The notes below the pieces were generated by a model. It saw nothing but the letters and a program-made list of their open reading frames with translations, did not search any database and was not told where the DNA came from. Positions 19,288 through 28,199 of a stretch of 51,813 bases of DNA are shown here, piece by piece. This stretch comes from Nevskiaceae bacterium (GTDB taxonomy: Bacteria; Patescibacteriota; Microgenomatia; PFEM01). The stretch spans positions 1-51,813 of the forward strand of contig DATLBE010000039.1 of NCBI GenBank assembly GCA_035527075.1, given 5' to 3'. Numbering within the stretch: the stretch's first letter is position 1; every line of letters starts with the position of its first letter. Made by a program: the position numbers and the translations under genes.

Positions 19288-19596
19288 CTACATTTTTATC
19301 TCAATATCAACACCTGCAGGAAGGTCAAGGTGCATGAGAGAGTCAATTGTTTTATCAGTGGGTTCTAAAATGTCAATCAGGCGTTTGTGGGTTAGAATTT
19401 GAAAGTGTTCGCGGGCGTCTTTGTCAGTAAAAGGAGAAGTAGTGACGGTAATGAGTTTTCTTTTAGTGGGTAGGGGCACTGGCCCCACCACCTTGGCTCC
19501 TGTAACCAAGGCTGTCTCGAGAATTTTCTCGCAACTTTCATCAATAACTCGATGATCGTACGATTTTAAACGTACTCTGATTCTGCCTTTTGGCAT
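19288..19596 (-). CDS. rpsJ: 30S ribosomal protein S10
   Basis: [17 protein letters not shown]...[14 protein letters not shown]. Confidence 0.97.
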   Translation of the reverse strand: MPKGRIRVRLKSYDHRVIDESCEKILETALVTGAKVVGPVPLPTKRKLITVTTSPFTDKDAREHFQILTHKRLIDILEPTDKTIDSLMHLDLPAGVDIEIKM

Positions 19597-19598
19597 TT

Positions 19599-20792
19599 TT
19601 AGGCAATTATTTTACTTATTACCCCTGCACCGACTGTGTGGCCGCCTTCACGAATAGCAAACCGCAAACCTTCTTCTGAAGCGACCGGTTGTATGAGTTT
19701 GACAGTCATTTTGGCATTATCACCAGGCATAACCATTTCTACCCCTTTAGGCAAGGTAACTTCGCCAGTAACATCCGTTGTCCGGATGTAAAATTGTGGC
19801 TTGTAACCAGAAAAAAATGGTGTGTGTCGACCACCTTCTTCTTTGGTCAAAATATAAACTTCTGCCTCAAATTCAGTATGAGGCGTCACTGAGCCTGTTT
19901 TAGCCAAAACTTGACCACGTTCAACATCGTCTTTCTCAACTCCTCTTAGAAGAATACCGACATTGTCACCCGCTTGACCTTCATCAAGTGATTTTCTAAA
20001 CATTTCCACACCAGTGACCACGGTTGAGACAGTCTTTTTAATACCAACAATCTCGATAGTGTCATTAACCTTGACTTTGCCTCGCTCAATCCGCCCGGTG
20101 ACGACTGTTCCCCGACCTTTGATGGAAAAAACATCTTCAATTGGCATCAAGAAAGGCTTTTCGGTATCCCGCTTGGGCGTAGGAATATACTCATCGATAG
20201 CTTTAACGAGAGCTAAAATATTTTTTTCTTCTTCAGGATCACCTTCCATTGCCTTTAAAGCTGACCCACGAATAATTGGAGTCTTATCACCCGGATACTT
20301 GTATTTGGTCAAAACTTCCCGGATTTCCATTTCGACCAAATCAAGCAACTCCGGATCTTTAACCATATCCACTTTATTCAAAAATACAACCACAGCCGGC
20401 ACATTCACTTGCCGGGCGAGCAAAATGTGCTCCCGGGTTTGAGGCATAGGCCCATCATCAGCGGCCACCACCAAAATAGCGCCGTCCATTTGGGCCGCGC
20501 CGATAATCATGTTTTTGATGTAGTCTTTATGACCAGGGCAGTCAATATGAGCATAGTGCCGCTTTTCTGTCTCAAATTCAGCGTGATAAATGTCAATGGT
20601 AATACCTCGCTCTCTTTCTTCAGGCGCCTTATCAATATCTTCAAAAGCCAACGCTTGAGTGGAATTATCTTGCTGTTTGGCCAGGACTCTGGTAATCGCC
20701 GAAGTTAAAGTTGTCTTACCGTGGTCAACATGACCAATCGTGCCAATATTAATATGCGGTTTTTTTCTTTCAAATTTTGCTTTTTCTGCCAT
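19599..20792 (-). CDS. tuf: elongation factor Tu
   Basis: [19 protein letters not shown]. Strong SD sequence AAGGAGG upstream. Confidence 0.98.
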   Translation of the reverse strand: MAEKAKFERKKPHINIGTIGHVDHGKTTLTSAITRVLAKQQDNSTQALAFEDIDKAPEERERGITIDIYHAEFETEKRHYAHIDCPGHKDYIKNMIIGAAQMDGAILVVAADDGPMPQTREHILLARQVNVPAVVVFLNKVDMVKDPELLDLVEMEIREVLTKYKYPGDKTPIIRGSALKAMEGDPEEEKNILALVKAIDEYIPTPKRDTEKPFLMPIEDVFSIKGRGTVVTGRIERGKVKVNDTIEIVGIKKTVSTVVTGVEMFRKSLDEGQAGDNVGILLRGVEKDDVERGQVLAKTGSVTPHTEFEAEVYILTKEEGGRHTPFFSGYKPQFYIRTTDVTGEVTLPKGVEMVMPGDNAKMTVKLIQPVASEEGLRFAIREGGHTVGAGVISKIIA

Positions 20793-20821
20793 ATTTCCTC
20801 CTTTTTAATAAGTAATTGATA

Positions 20822-20850
20822 ATTCTACAGGATTATTTCTTTTTTTTCAA
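20822..20850 (-). promoter_or_regulatory. possible internal promoter for tuf
   Basis: Minus strand reads TTGAAA (20850-20845), a 17-nt spacer, then TAGAAT (20827-20822), in the fusA-tuf spacer. Confidence 0.35.
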
Positions 20851-20867
20851 GCCCCGCAAAATCTCGC

Positions 20868-23018
20868 TTATTTCTCAACCGGTTTACCCATTTTGGCAGC
20901 CACAATTTTTTCTGTAATATTGGCGGGTGTTTCTTGATAATGGGATGGCTCCATATAAAAACTTGCCCGTCCCTGGGTTAAACTGCGCAACATCGTCGAG
21001 TAACCCCGAACCTCAGCCAATGGAATCAAAGCAGTAATAATTCTAACCGCCTCTCTCACTTGGGTATCTAAAATTTGGGCTCTTTTGCTAGATAAGTCAC
21101 CAATCACTTCACCCATAAATTTTTCTGGCGTGGTCACTTCAAGCCTCATAATTGGCTCAAGCAAAACTAGGTTAGCTCTCTTAACTGCCTCCTGAACGGC
21201 AACTGAACCGGCAATTTTAAAAGCAATTTCTGAAGAATCAACCTCATGGTAGCTACCATCATAGACCGCCACCATCATATCTACCAAAGGATAGCCAGCC
21301 AATACCCCTTTTTCCATCGCCTCTTTAACCCCCTTTTCAATAGCTGGAATAAATTCAGAAGGAATGGCTGTCCCTCGAATCTCGTTTTTAAACTCAAAAC
21401 CTTCACCGCGCTGCTTGGGCTCAACCCGTAAAAAACAATGGCCATATTGACCCCGACCGCCTGACTGGCGAATGTACTTACCTTCGGCCGCGGCTGTTTT
21501 TTGAATGGTTTCTTTATAAGCAACCTGGGGTTGTCCAGTGTTGGACAAAACATTGAATTCCCGCTTCATCCGGTCAACCAAAATCTCTAAGTGAAGTTCA
21601 CCCATGCCAGAAATGATAGTCTGGCCTGTTTCCCGATCAGTTTTAATCTTAAAAGTAGGATCTTCTTCAGAAAGCCTTTTTAAAGCATAGCCTAATTTTT
21701 CCTGATCAGCCTTGGTTTTTGGCTCAATGGCCAGAGAAATCACTGGCTCAGGAAAGGCAATTGATTCTAAAAGAATGGGTTTGTCTTTTTGACATAGAGT
21801 ATCACCGGTGGTGGTTTCTTTCAACCCAACCACGGCTACAATCTCGCCGGCCATAGTGGAGCCAATCATTTCTCGCTGATTAGCGTGCATCAAAAGAAGT
21901 CTGCCAGCTCGCTCCTGGCGATGCTGGGTGCTATTCCAAACTGTTTCACCTGACTTTAAAGTACCTGAATAAATCCTCAAATAAGTCAACCTGCCAACAT
22001 GAGGATCAGTTTGAATTTTAAAAGCAAGAGCGGCAAAAGGGCCATTAGGATCAGTTTCTCTGGTTTCTTTTTGGTTTGTTTCAGAATTAATACCTTCAAT
22101 CACCGGCACATCAAGCGGGCTGGGCAGAAAATTAACCACACCATCAAGCATAACCTGAACGCCTTTATTTCGGAGCGAAGCCCCACAGTAAACCGGCACA
22201 AACTTATTGGCAATCGTGGCTTTTCTTAATGCCTTTTTCAACTCTACCACCGAAACCTCTTCTCCTACTAAATATTTATCCATTAATTTTTCATCGTTTT
22301 CAGCAATCTTTTCCACCAACTCTTCTCTTGTCTTTTTAAGTTGCTTTCTTAAGTCTCCAGGCACTGCCACTTCTTGAAATTTTTCACCAGTTTCATCATC
22401 TTCAGGCCAAATTAAAGCTTTTTCTTCCAAAACCAAAACCACCCCTCGAAAATCTTTCTCCTTGCCAATGGGTAAGGTCATAATCGCCGGCTTGGCTCCC
22501 AATCTATCTTCAACCATCTGTACTGTCCGGTCAAAATTAGCGCCTAACTTGTCCATTTTATTGATAAAACAAATTCGAGGTACTTGGTATTTATCCGCCT
22601 GGCGCCAGACTGTTTCTGACTGAGACTGAACCCCTTCTTCAGCATCAAAAACAACCACTCCGCCATCCAAAACTCGCAAAGAGCGTTCCACTTCGGCGGT
22701 AAAATCAATGTGGCCAGGCGTGTCAATGATATTAATACGGTAAGAATCTTTGGGAACTGCTCCCTCTTCTTTAAGCATCCAAAAAGTTGTCGTCGCTGCC
22801 GACATGATGGTAATTCCCCTTTCTTTCTCTTGTTCCATCCAATCCATTTGGGTCGTACCCTCATCAATGTCACCAATTTTGTAAGTTCTGCCAGTGTAAT
22901 AAAGGATTCGCTCAGTGGTGGTAGTTTTACCAGCATCAATATGGGCAATAATCCCAATATTACGGATTTTTTCCAAAGGGACAATTCTTTTTTTGACGGT
23001 TTCGCTTACTTCTGCCAT
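20868..23018 (-). CDS. fusA: elongation factor G
   Basis: [10 protein letters not shown]...[16 protein letters not shown]. The start is at Met23 of the ORF. Confidence 0.97.
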   Translation of the reverse strand: MAEVSETVKKRIVPLEKIRNIGIIAHIDAGKTTTTERILYYTGRTYKIGDIDEGTTQMDWMEQEKERGITIMSAATTTFWMLKEEGAVPKDSYRINIIDTPGHIDFTAEVERSLRVLDGGVVVFDAEEGVQSQSETVWRQADKYQVPRICFINKMDKLGANFDRTVQMVEDRLGAKPAIMTLPIGKEKDFRGVVLVLEEKALIWPEDDETGEKFQEVAVPGDLRKQLKKTREELVEKIAENDEKLMDKYLVGEEVSVVELKKALRKATIANKFVPVYCGASLRNKGVQVMLDGVVNFLPSPLDVPVIEGINSETNQKETRETDPNGPFAALAFKIQTDPHVGRLTYLRIYSGTLKSGETVWNSTQHRQERAGRLLLMHANQREMIGSTMAGEIVAVVGLKETTTGDTLCQKDKPILLESIAFPEPVISLAIEPKTKADQEKLGYALKRLSEEDPTFKIKTDRETGQTIISGMGELHLEILVDRMKREFNVLSNTGQPQVAYKETIQKTAAAEGKYIRQSGGRGQYGHCFLRVEPKQRGEGFEFKNEIRGTAIPSEFIPAIEKGVKEAMEKGVLAGYPLVDMMVAVYDGSYHEVDSSEIAFKIAGSVAVQEAVKRANLVLLEPIMRLEVTTPEKFMGEVIGDLSSKRAQILDTQVREAVRIITALIPLAEVRGYSTMLRSLTQGRASFYMEPSHYQETPANITEKIVAAKMGKPVEK

Positions 23019-23031
23019 ATTTCTATTATAT

Positions 23032-23057
23032 AAAAAACCGCTTCCTAAAAGAAGCAG
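23032..23057 (-). terminator. intrinsic terminator-like hairpin between the small membrane gene and fusA
   Basis: Minus strand reads CUGCUUC-UUUUAG-GAAGCGG, a 7-bp stem with one G.U pair, followed by UUUUUU. The U-run ends 13 nt before the fusA ATG. Confidence 0.45.
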
Positions 23058-23158
23058 TTCAAAGCTTCGAAAGTATTTTAACAAAAACTGAAGAATGATT
23101 CAAGCAAAAAAAACGGTGGGTAACCTTAACATGACTGTTTTGGCTGCCCGCCAGAGGG

Positions 23159-23395
23159 TTATTCCTGGCTCTTCAGCCTGTCTTTCGTTTTCCGAACTCC
23201 AGCCCTGCCGAAGGCCGGTAATAGCCTAAGCATTACCACAATCACCACAATGCCCAAGACTGTAGCATAAGGCTTTGTGTTGGTCTCGCTTGGTGGTGCC
23301 GGCGTGAATGGTTTCCAAATACCCCCCTCATATGCTATGGTCGACCCGATGACCACCAACAAAAGGAAAAAAACCACTCCCACTAATTGCTTCAT
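23159..23395 (-). CDS. small hypothetical membrane protein (78 aa, two predicted TM helices)
   Basis: MKQLVGVVFFLLLVVIGSTIA...YATVLGIVVIVVMLRLLPAF. A strong SD (AGGGAGGAAAGTA-ATG) precedes Met25 of the ORF. The region looks more GC-rich than its neighbours by eye. Confidence 0.6.
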   Translation of the reverse strand: MKQLVGVVFFLLLVVIGSTIAYEGGIWKPFTPAPPSETNTKPYATVLGIVVIVVMLRLLPAFGRAGVRKTKDRLKSQE

Positions 23396-23438
23396 TACTT
23401 TCCTCCCTAAATGCTGTTGGAAAAGAGCCACTAGTAAC

Positions 23439-23467
23439 AATATATCATAAACTATAGGATTTATCAA
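23439..23467 (-). promoter_or_regulatory. sigma70-like promoter with extended -10 for the small membrane gene
   Basis: Minus strand reads TTGATA (23467-23462), a 17-nt spacer, then TGaTATATT (-10 at 23444-23439). Confidence 0.45.
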
Positions 23468-23547
23468 GCAGGGGAGGCAGAGAGACTACCAACGAAAATA
23501 AGAACCTTTCGCTTTGCTCAAGAACCTTGTTTCATCTGGCAGCCTTG

Positions 23548-24027
23548 CTACCATCTGAAATGAGCAAATGCTCTATTGGCTTCGGCCATTCTATGAATAT
23601 TTTCTTTTTTCTTAACCGCGCCGCCTTCTCTTTCGACCGCATCCAAAATTTCGGCAGCTAATTTCTGGCTAAAAATATGGTACTCTTTGTTGGGCCTGGC
23701 TTGAGCTGCCTGAATTAACCAACGAATGGCTAAGGTCTCTCGACGACCACCTCTGACAGGTATCGGTACCTGGTAAGCCGCACCACCAACCCTTCTGGGT
23801 CTAACTTCCATACTTGGTTTAATATTTTCTAAAGCCTGAGTGAAAATCTCCAGTGGCTCCTTTTTGGTCTTTTTTTTAACCAATTCAAAAGCTTGATAAA
23901 CATGTTCTTGGGCGACAGTTTTTTTACCTGACCGCATCACCCGATTAATTAAACGAGTTATCAACTGGCTGTTGTAAACCGGGTCAGGGGGCAAAATTCT
24001 TTTTTTAACTTTTTCACTTCTTGGCAT
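23548..24027 (-). CDS. rpsG: 30S ribosomal protein S7
   Basis: Canonical S7 ending ...AEANRAFAHFRW. Confidence 0.97.
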   Translation of the reverse strand: MPRSEKVKKRILPPDPVYNSQLITRLINRVMRSGKKTVAQEHVYQAFELVKKKTKKEPLEIFTQALENIKPSMEVRPRRVGGAAYQVPIPVRGGRRETLAIRWLIQAAQARPNKEYHIFSQKLAAEILDAVEREGGAVKKKENIHRMAEANRAFAHFRW

Positions 24028-24486
24028 TTATTCTCCTTTAGGTTGGGTAGACGGAGTTTCCTCGACAGCAGCTACCACACCCCCTTTCCTGGTGCCATAT
24101 TTAGACCGACCTTTTTTTCTTCCCGCCACACCAGTAGTATCATATTTACCGCGGACAATATGATACTTCACTCCTGGCAAATCTCTAACCCGGCCGGCTC
24201 TGACCAAAATAATACTATGTTCAGCCAGTTCATGGCCCTCACCAGGAATATAGGCGGTGACTTCTTGCTTATTGGAAAGCCGCACCCGAGCCACTTTTCT
24301 TAAAGCCGAATTTGGCTTTTTAGGCGGCATTGTCTTCACCAACGTAATCACTCCCCTTTTTTGGGGATTAACTGTCGAAATCATCCGTCGATCCTTGGTA
24401 TTAAAGCTCTTGCGCAAGGCGGTCGCTTTAATCTTCTTTTTGGTTTTTTTCCGACCTTTTCTGACTAATTGGGCTACTGTAGGCAT
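24028..24486 (-). CDS. rpsL: 30S ribosomal protein S12
   Basis: [12 protein letters not shown]...[16 protein letters not shown]. It has a short C-terminal extension. Confidence 0.97.
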   Translation of the reverse strand: MPTVAQLVRKGRKKTKKKIKATALRKSFNTKDRRMISTVNPQKRGVITLVKTMPPKKPNSALRKVARVRLSNKQEVTAYIPGEGHELAEHSIILVRAGRVRDLPGVKYHIVRGKYDTTGVAGRKKGRSKYGTRKGGVVAAVEETPSTQPKGE

Positions 24487-24500
24487 GGTCTTATTGTACT

Positions 24501-27500
24501 CTATTGCGCTTTAATTTTCACTCTTTTAGAGGCAACAGGAATTAATCTGCCAATTATCACATTTTCTTTCAAGCCTAAAAGGTTATCTTTTCTATCCTCA
24601 AGAGCAGCATTGGTTAAGACATCGGTTGTGTTTTGAAAAGAAGCCGCGGAAAGCCAAGACTCAGTAAAAAGTGAGGCTTTGGTTAAACCTAAAATCACCA
24701 CCTGTGCGGTCGCCGGCTCGCCCCCTTCGGCCAAAGCGCGGGCGTTTTCTTCTTCAAATCTTGCTTTACTCGCCAGTTCTTGAGGCAAGAAGGAGGTATC
24801 TCCTGGCATCTTCACTCTCACTTTATCACTCATCCGGCGAATAATGATTTCAAAATGCTTATCATTAATCGGGATTCCCTGGGAGTCATAAACCTTTTGA
24901 ATTTCCTCAACCAGATACTCTCGAACCGCTTGCAAACCGCGAATTTCTAAGATTTCCCTAACATCCAAAGCTCCCAAAGCCAGTTGGGCACCCACCTCCA
25001 CTAATTGCCCATTTTTAACTCTTAACTGGCTAACGGAAGGAATTAAATATTCCTTTTCTTCAATTGGCTTAACCCCAACACTCCGGATTCTCACCCTATA
25101 GCCATCGTCTGTTTCAACCACGCTCACCTTGCCAGCAATCTCTGCCAAAGGCGAGAGAGCTTTGGGGATTCGGGCTTCAAAAAGCTCTTCAACTCGAGGT
25201 AAACCCTGAGTCACATCAAGGCCAACAATACCTCCACTGTGTTTAGTTCTCATAGTCAGCTGAGTGCCAGGCTCGCCAATCGATTGGGCAGCAATCACTC
25301 CCACCGGCGTGCCAATTTCCACCAGCTTCCGGGCTGAGAAATCCCAACCATAACACTGGCTACAAACTCCATAGTGTAACTCACAAGTTAAAGTTGATCG
25401 CACTTGCACCTCTTGAATTTCATGCTTCTCTAAAAGGCCAAGATTACCATCGGTGATTAGCTCTCCCTTTTTCAAAAGAGTTTTTTTCGTCTTGGGATCA
25501 ACCACTTTTTCAGCCAAAACCCGACCTAAAACTCTTTCCAAAAATTTTTCACCTCTTTTTCCTTGCCGGATAATCTTGATACCTTTCTTAGTTTTACAAT
25601 CCTTTTTCCGAACAATAATATCGTGGGTGGCATCAACTAAACGTCTGGTTAAATAACCAGCATCTGAAGTTTTTAAAGCCGTATCAGTCAAACCTTTTCT
25701 TGCCCCTCGGGCGCTAGCAAGATACTCAAAAACTGATAGGCCTTCTCTAAAATTTGATTTAATCGGCAATTCAACTATCTTACCCGAAGGGTCAACAATC
25801 AAGCCTTGCATCGCTGAAAGTTGTTTCACCTGATCTTTTGAAGTCCGACGCAAGCCTGCGTCAACAAATAAATAAACACTATTTTGGCGACCAAAACATT
25901 GCCAAGTCCGCTCAGCCAAATCCTCAGTGGTGTCCATCCAAATTTCCTGAATCAAACGGCGTCTTTCTTGCTCGGTAATCAAACCTTGGCTGAAATTTTG
26001 CTCTGTTTGGGCTACTCTTTCATTCGCTTCGCTGATTACCTTTTGTTTTTCTGGATAAAGATGACAATCCCAAACACCTACCGATAAACCAGAAATAGTT
26101 GATCCCCAAAAACCTAACCTTTTTAAACCATCAATCATTTCAACCACCTCGTCGGGCTCACAAATTTGCATCGCTCGAGTAATTAGAGCCTTGATTGTTT
26201 GCTGCCGCACCATGTCATTCACAAAAGGAATCCCTCGAGGCATAATTTCATTAAACAACAATCGACCACAGGTCGTTTCTATCATTTTGTCGTTTATTCT
26301 TACTTTAAACAACCGTCTCAATTCGAGCTTGCCTTCTTGATAAGCCAAAATTGCTTCTTGGGGATGACTAAAAATTGTTTTCGATGGCTCAAATTGAGAA
26401 TCAACTGAAGTCAAAAAATAACTGCCTAAGGCCATCTCCTTATCGGGAATGGTAATGGGTGAACCGTCAGCTGGCCGTAAAAGATTACTCTTTGGCCTCA
26501 TCAATTCAACAGCCTCCTCCTTGGCCTTTTCTCCCAATGGGACGTGAATCGCCATCTGATCACCATCAAAATCAGCATTATAACCAGCACAAACACAAGG
26601 CGGAAGTCTAATCGCGCTTTCCTCAACTAAAATTGGATAAAAAGCTTGAATGCCCAATTTATGAAGAGTCGGCGCTCGATTCAGCAAAACAGGATGGTTT
26701 TTGGTAATTTTCTCCAAGATATCAAAAACCTCCGGTGGCCGGTGTTCTAAAATATATTTAGCACTTTTGACATTCGGTGCCAGACCAGCCAAAATGATTT
26801 CTCTTAAAACAAATGGTTTAAACATTTCCAGCGCCATATCTTTGGGCAAACCGCATTGGTTCAGTTTTAACTCCGGACCAACGACAATAACTGAACGGCC
26901 AGAGTAATCAACCCGTTTTCCCAAAAGGTTCTGGCGGAATCTACCCTGCTTTCCTTTTAAAAGATCAGATAATGACCGAGTCGGTTTGGTCTGACGCTGA
27001 TAGCGCCGTGTCGGCGCCTTACCCGCATCAATTAAATTGTCAACTGCTTCTTGAAGCATTCGCTTTTCGTTGCGAAGAATAATTTCTGGAGCACCTAAAG
27101 TAATTAAATGTTTCAACCGATTATTACGATTAATCACCCGACGATATAAATCATTAAGATCACTGGTAGCAAATCTACCTCCCGAAAGCTGAACCATCGG
27201 CCGAAGGTCAGGAGGAACAACCGGTAAAACTCTTAAAATTATCCAGCTTGGGTCAATGCCCGCATTTCTCATTTTCTCAACCAAGCGCAGTCTTTTAGTA
27301 ATTTTAAGATAGCGGGCGCCTTTGGCATCTTTTACTTGCTCACGGAGTTCGGCGACTAATTTTTCCAAATCTAACTTTTCAATAACCTTCAGCAAGACTT
27401 CAGCTCCCATTCCCACCTTAAAAAAAGAAGCCGCTTTATACTCAGCCAGTTTTAAATATTCGTCTTCACTCAACAAAGATAAATCCCTTAAACTACGAAC

Positions 27501-28199
27501 CATTTCGGAAATTGTTTGGTAGATTTCCTCAAGTTGTTCAACTTCTAAAATAAATTCATCCCTTAATTGTTGACACCCTTGTTTGAGTTTAAGCCTAATT
27601 TCCTCAAGTACCAAAACCTGTCGTTCTTTATCTTTAATTTTTCTCTTCGTTTCTTTTTCCTCACGTTCACTTTCTTTTTTTAATTTCTGAGCTTTTTTTT
27701 CAAGGCCACTTCTCAACTTTTTTTTCTTTTGAGTTAAACTCTTCTTTAAACGGGCTAAAGTTTCTTTTTTAGCTTTTGAATCAATCTCAGTCACTAAATA
27801 CTGAGCAAAATAAATCACTGCTTCCAACCCTCTCGGTGGCAAATCAAGCAATAAAGAAATTTTTGAAGAAACACTTTTAAAAAACCAAATATGAACGGCT
27901 GGTGAAGCTAAGCTAATATGACCCATTCTTTCCCGCCGAACTCGAGACTGGGTCACTTCCACACCACATTTATCGCAAATTACCCCTCGATAACGAATTT
28001 TTTTGTATTTACCACAGTAACATTCCCAATCTTTAGTCGGTCCAAAAATACGTTCACAGAACAAGCCGTCTTTCTCCGGCTTTAATGTCCGGTAATTAAT
28101 GGTTTCTGGTTTAATAACTTCGCCGTGAGACCAAGATTTGATAACTTCTGGCGAGGCTAATCTTATTCTCAAACCGTTAAAATCAATTAGTTTTTTCAT
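24501..28199 (-). CDS. rpoC: DNA-directed RNA polymerase subunit beta'
   Basis: Zn-binding CYCGKY...CDKCGV and the NADFDGD active site. The start is at Met13 of the ORF (MKKLIDFNG), overlapping the rpoB end by 17 nt. A charged coiled-coil insertion lies near residues 150-300. Confidence 0.97.
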   Translation of the reverse strand: MKKLIDFNGLRIRLASPEVIKSWSHGEVIKPETINYRTLKPEKDGLFCERIFGPTKDWECYCGKYKKIRYRGVICDKCGVEVTQSRVRRERMGHISLASPAVHIWFFKSVSSKISLLLDLPPRGLEAVIYFAQYLVTEIDSKAKKETLARLKKSLTQKKKKLRSGLEKKAQKLKKESEREEKETKRKIKDKERQVLVLEEIRLKLKQGCQQLRDEFILEVEQLEEIYQTISEMVRSLRDLSLLSEDEYLKLAEYKAASFFKVGMGAEVLLKVIEKLDLEKLVAELREQVKDAKGARYLKITKRLRLVEKMRNAGIDPSWIILRVLPVVPPDLRPMVQLSGGRFATSDLNDLYRRVINRNNRLKHLITLGAPEIILRNEKRMLQEAVDNLIDAGKAPTRRYQRQTKPTRSLSDLLKGKQGRFRQNLLGKRVDYSGRSVIVVGPELKLNQCGLPKDMALEMFKPFVLREIILAGLAPNVKSAKYILEHRPPEVFDILEKITKNHPVLLNRAPTLHKLGIQAFYPILVEESAIRLPPCVCAGYNADFDGDQMAIHVPLGEKAKEEAVELMRPKSNLLRPADGSPITIPDKEMALGSYFLTSVDSQFEPSKTIFSHPQEAILAYQEGKLELRRLFKVRINDKMIETTCGRLLFNEIMPRGIPFVNDMVRQQTIKALITRAMQICEPDEVVEMIDGLKRLGFWGSTISGLSVGVWDCHLYPEKQKVISEANERVAQTEQNFSQGLITEQERRRLIQEIWMDTTEDLAERTWQCFGRQNSVYLFVDAGLRRTSKDQVKQLSAMQGLIVDPSGKIVELPIKSNFREGLSVFEYLASARGARKGLTDTALKTSDAGYLTRRLVDATHDIIVRKKDCKTKKGIKIIRQGKRGEKFLERVLGRVLAEKVVDPKTKKTLLKKGELITDGNLGLLEKHEIQEVQVRSTLTCELHYGVCSQCYGWDFSARKLVEIGTPVGVIAAQSIGEPGTQLTMRTKHSGGIVGLDVTQGLPRVEELFEARIPKALSPLAEIAGKVSVVETDDGYRVRIRSVGVKPIEEKEYLIPSVSQLRVKNGQLVEVGAQLALGALDVREILEIRGLQAVREYLVEEIQKVYDSQGIPINDKHFEIIIRRMSDKVRVKMPGDTSFLPQELASKARFEEENARALAEGGEPATAQVVILGLTKASLFTESWLSAASFQNTTDVLTNAALEDRKDNLLGLKENVIIGRLIPVASKRVKIKAQ

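Noticed and set aside
23106-23152. A8 run (U8 on the minus strand) just after the small TM gene, as a second terminator
   Set aside because: The only available stem (GGCGGG/CCCACC) has a mismatch and a loop of about 26 nt. The downstream hairpin at 23032-23057 is the better terminator.
23486-23547. Possible third tail duplication: …KAKGSYFRW* read from DNA just downstream of rpsG (real tail …ANRAFAHFRW*)
   Set aside because: Only FRW plus the stop matches. The upstream residues do not align and the nucleotide similarity is weak, so this is compatible with chance. The 9-nt direct repeat AAGAACCTT x2 (about 23500-23528) in the same spacer is also too short to interpret.
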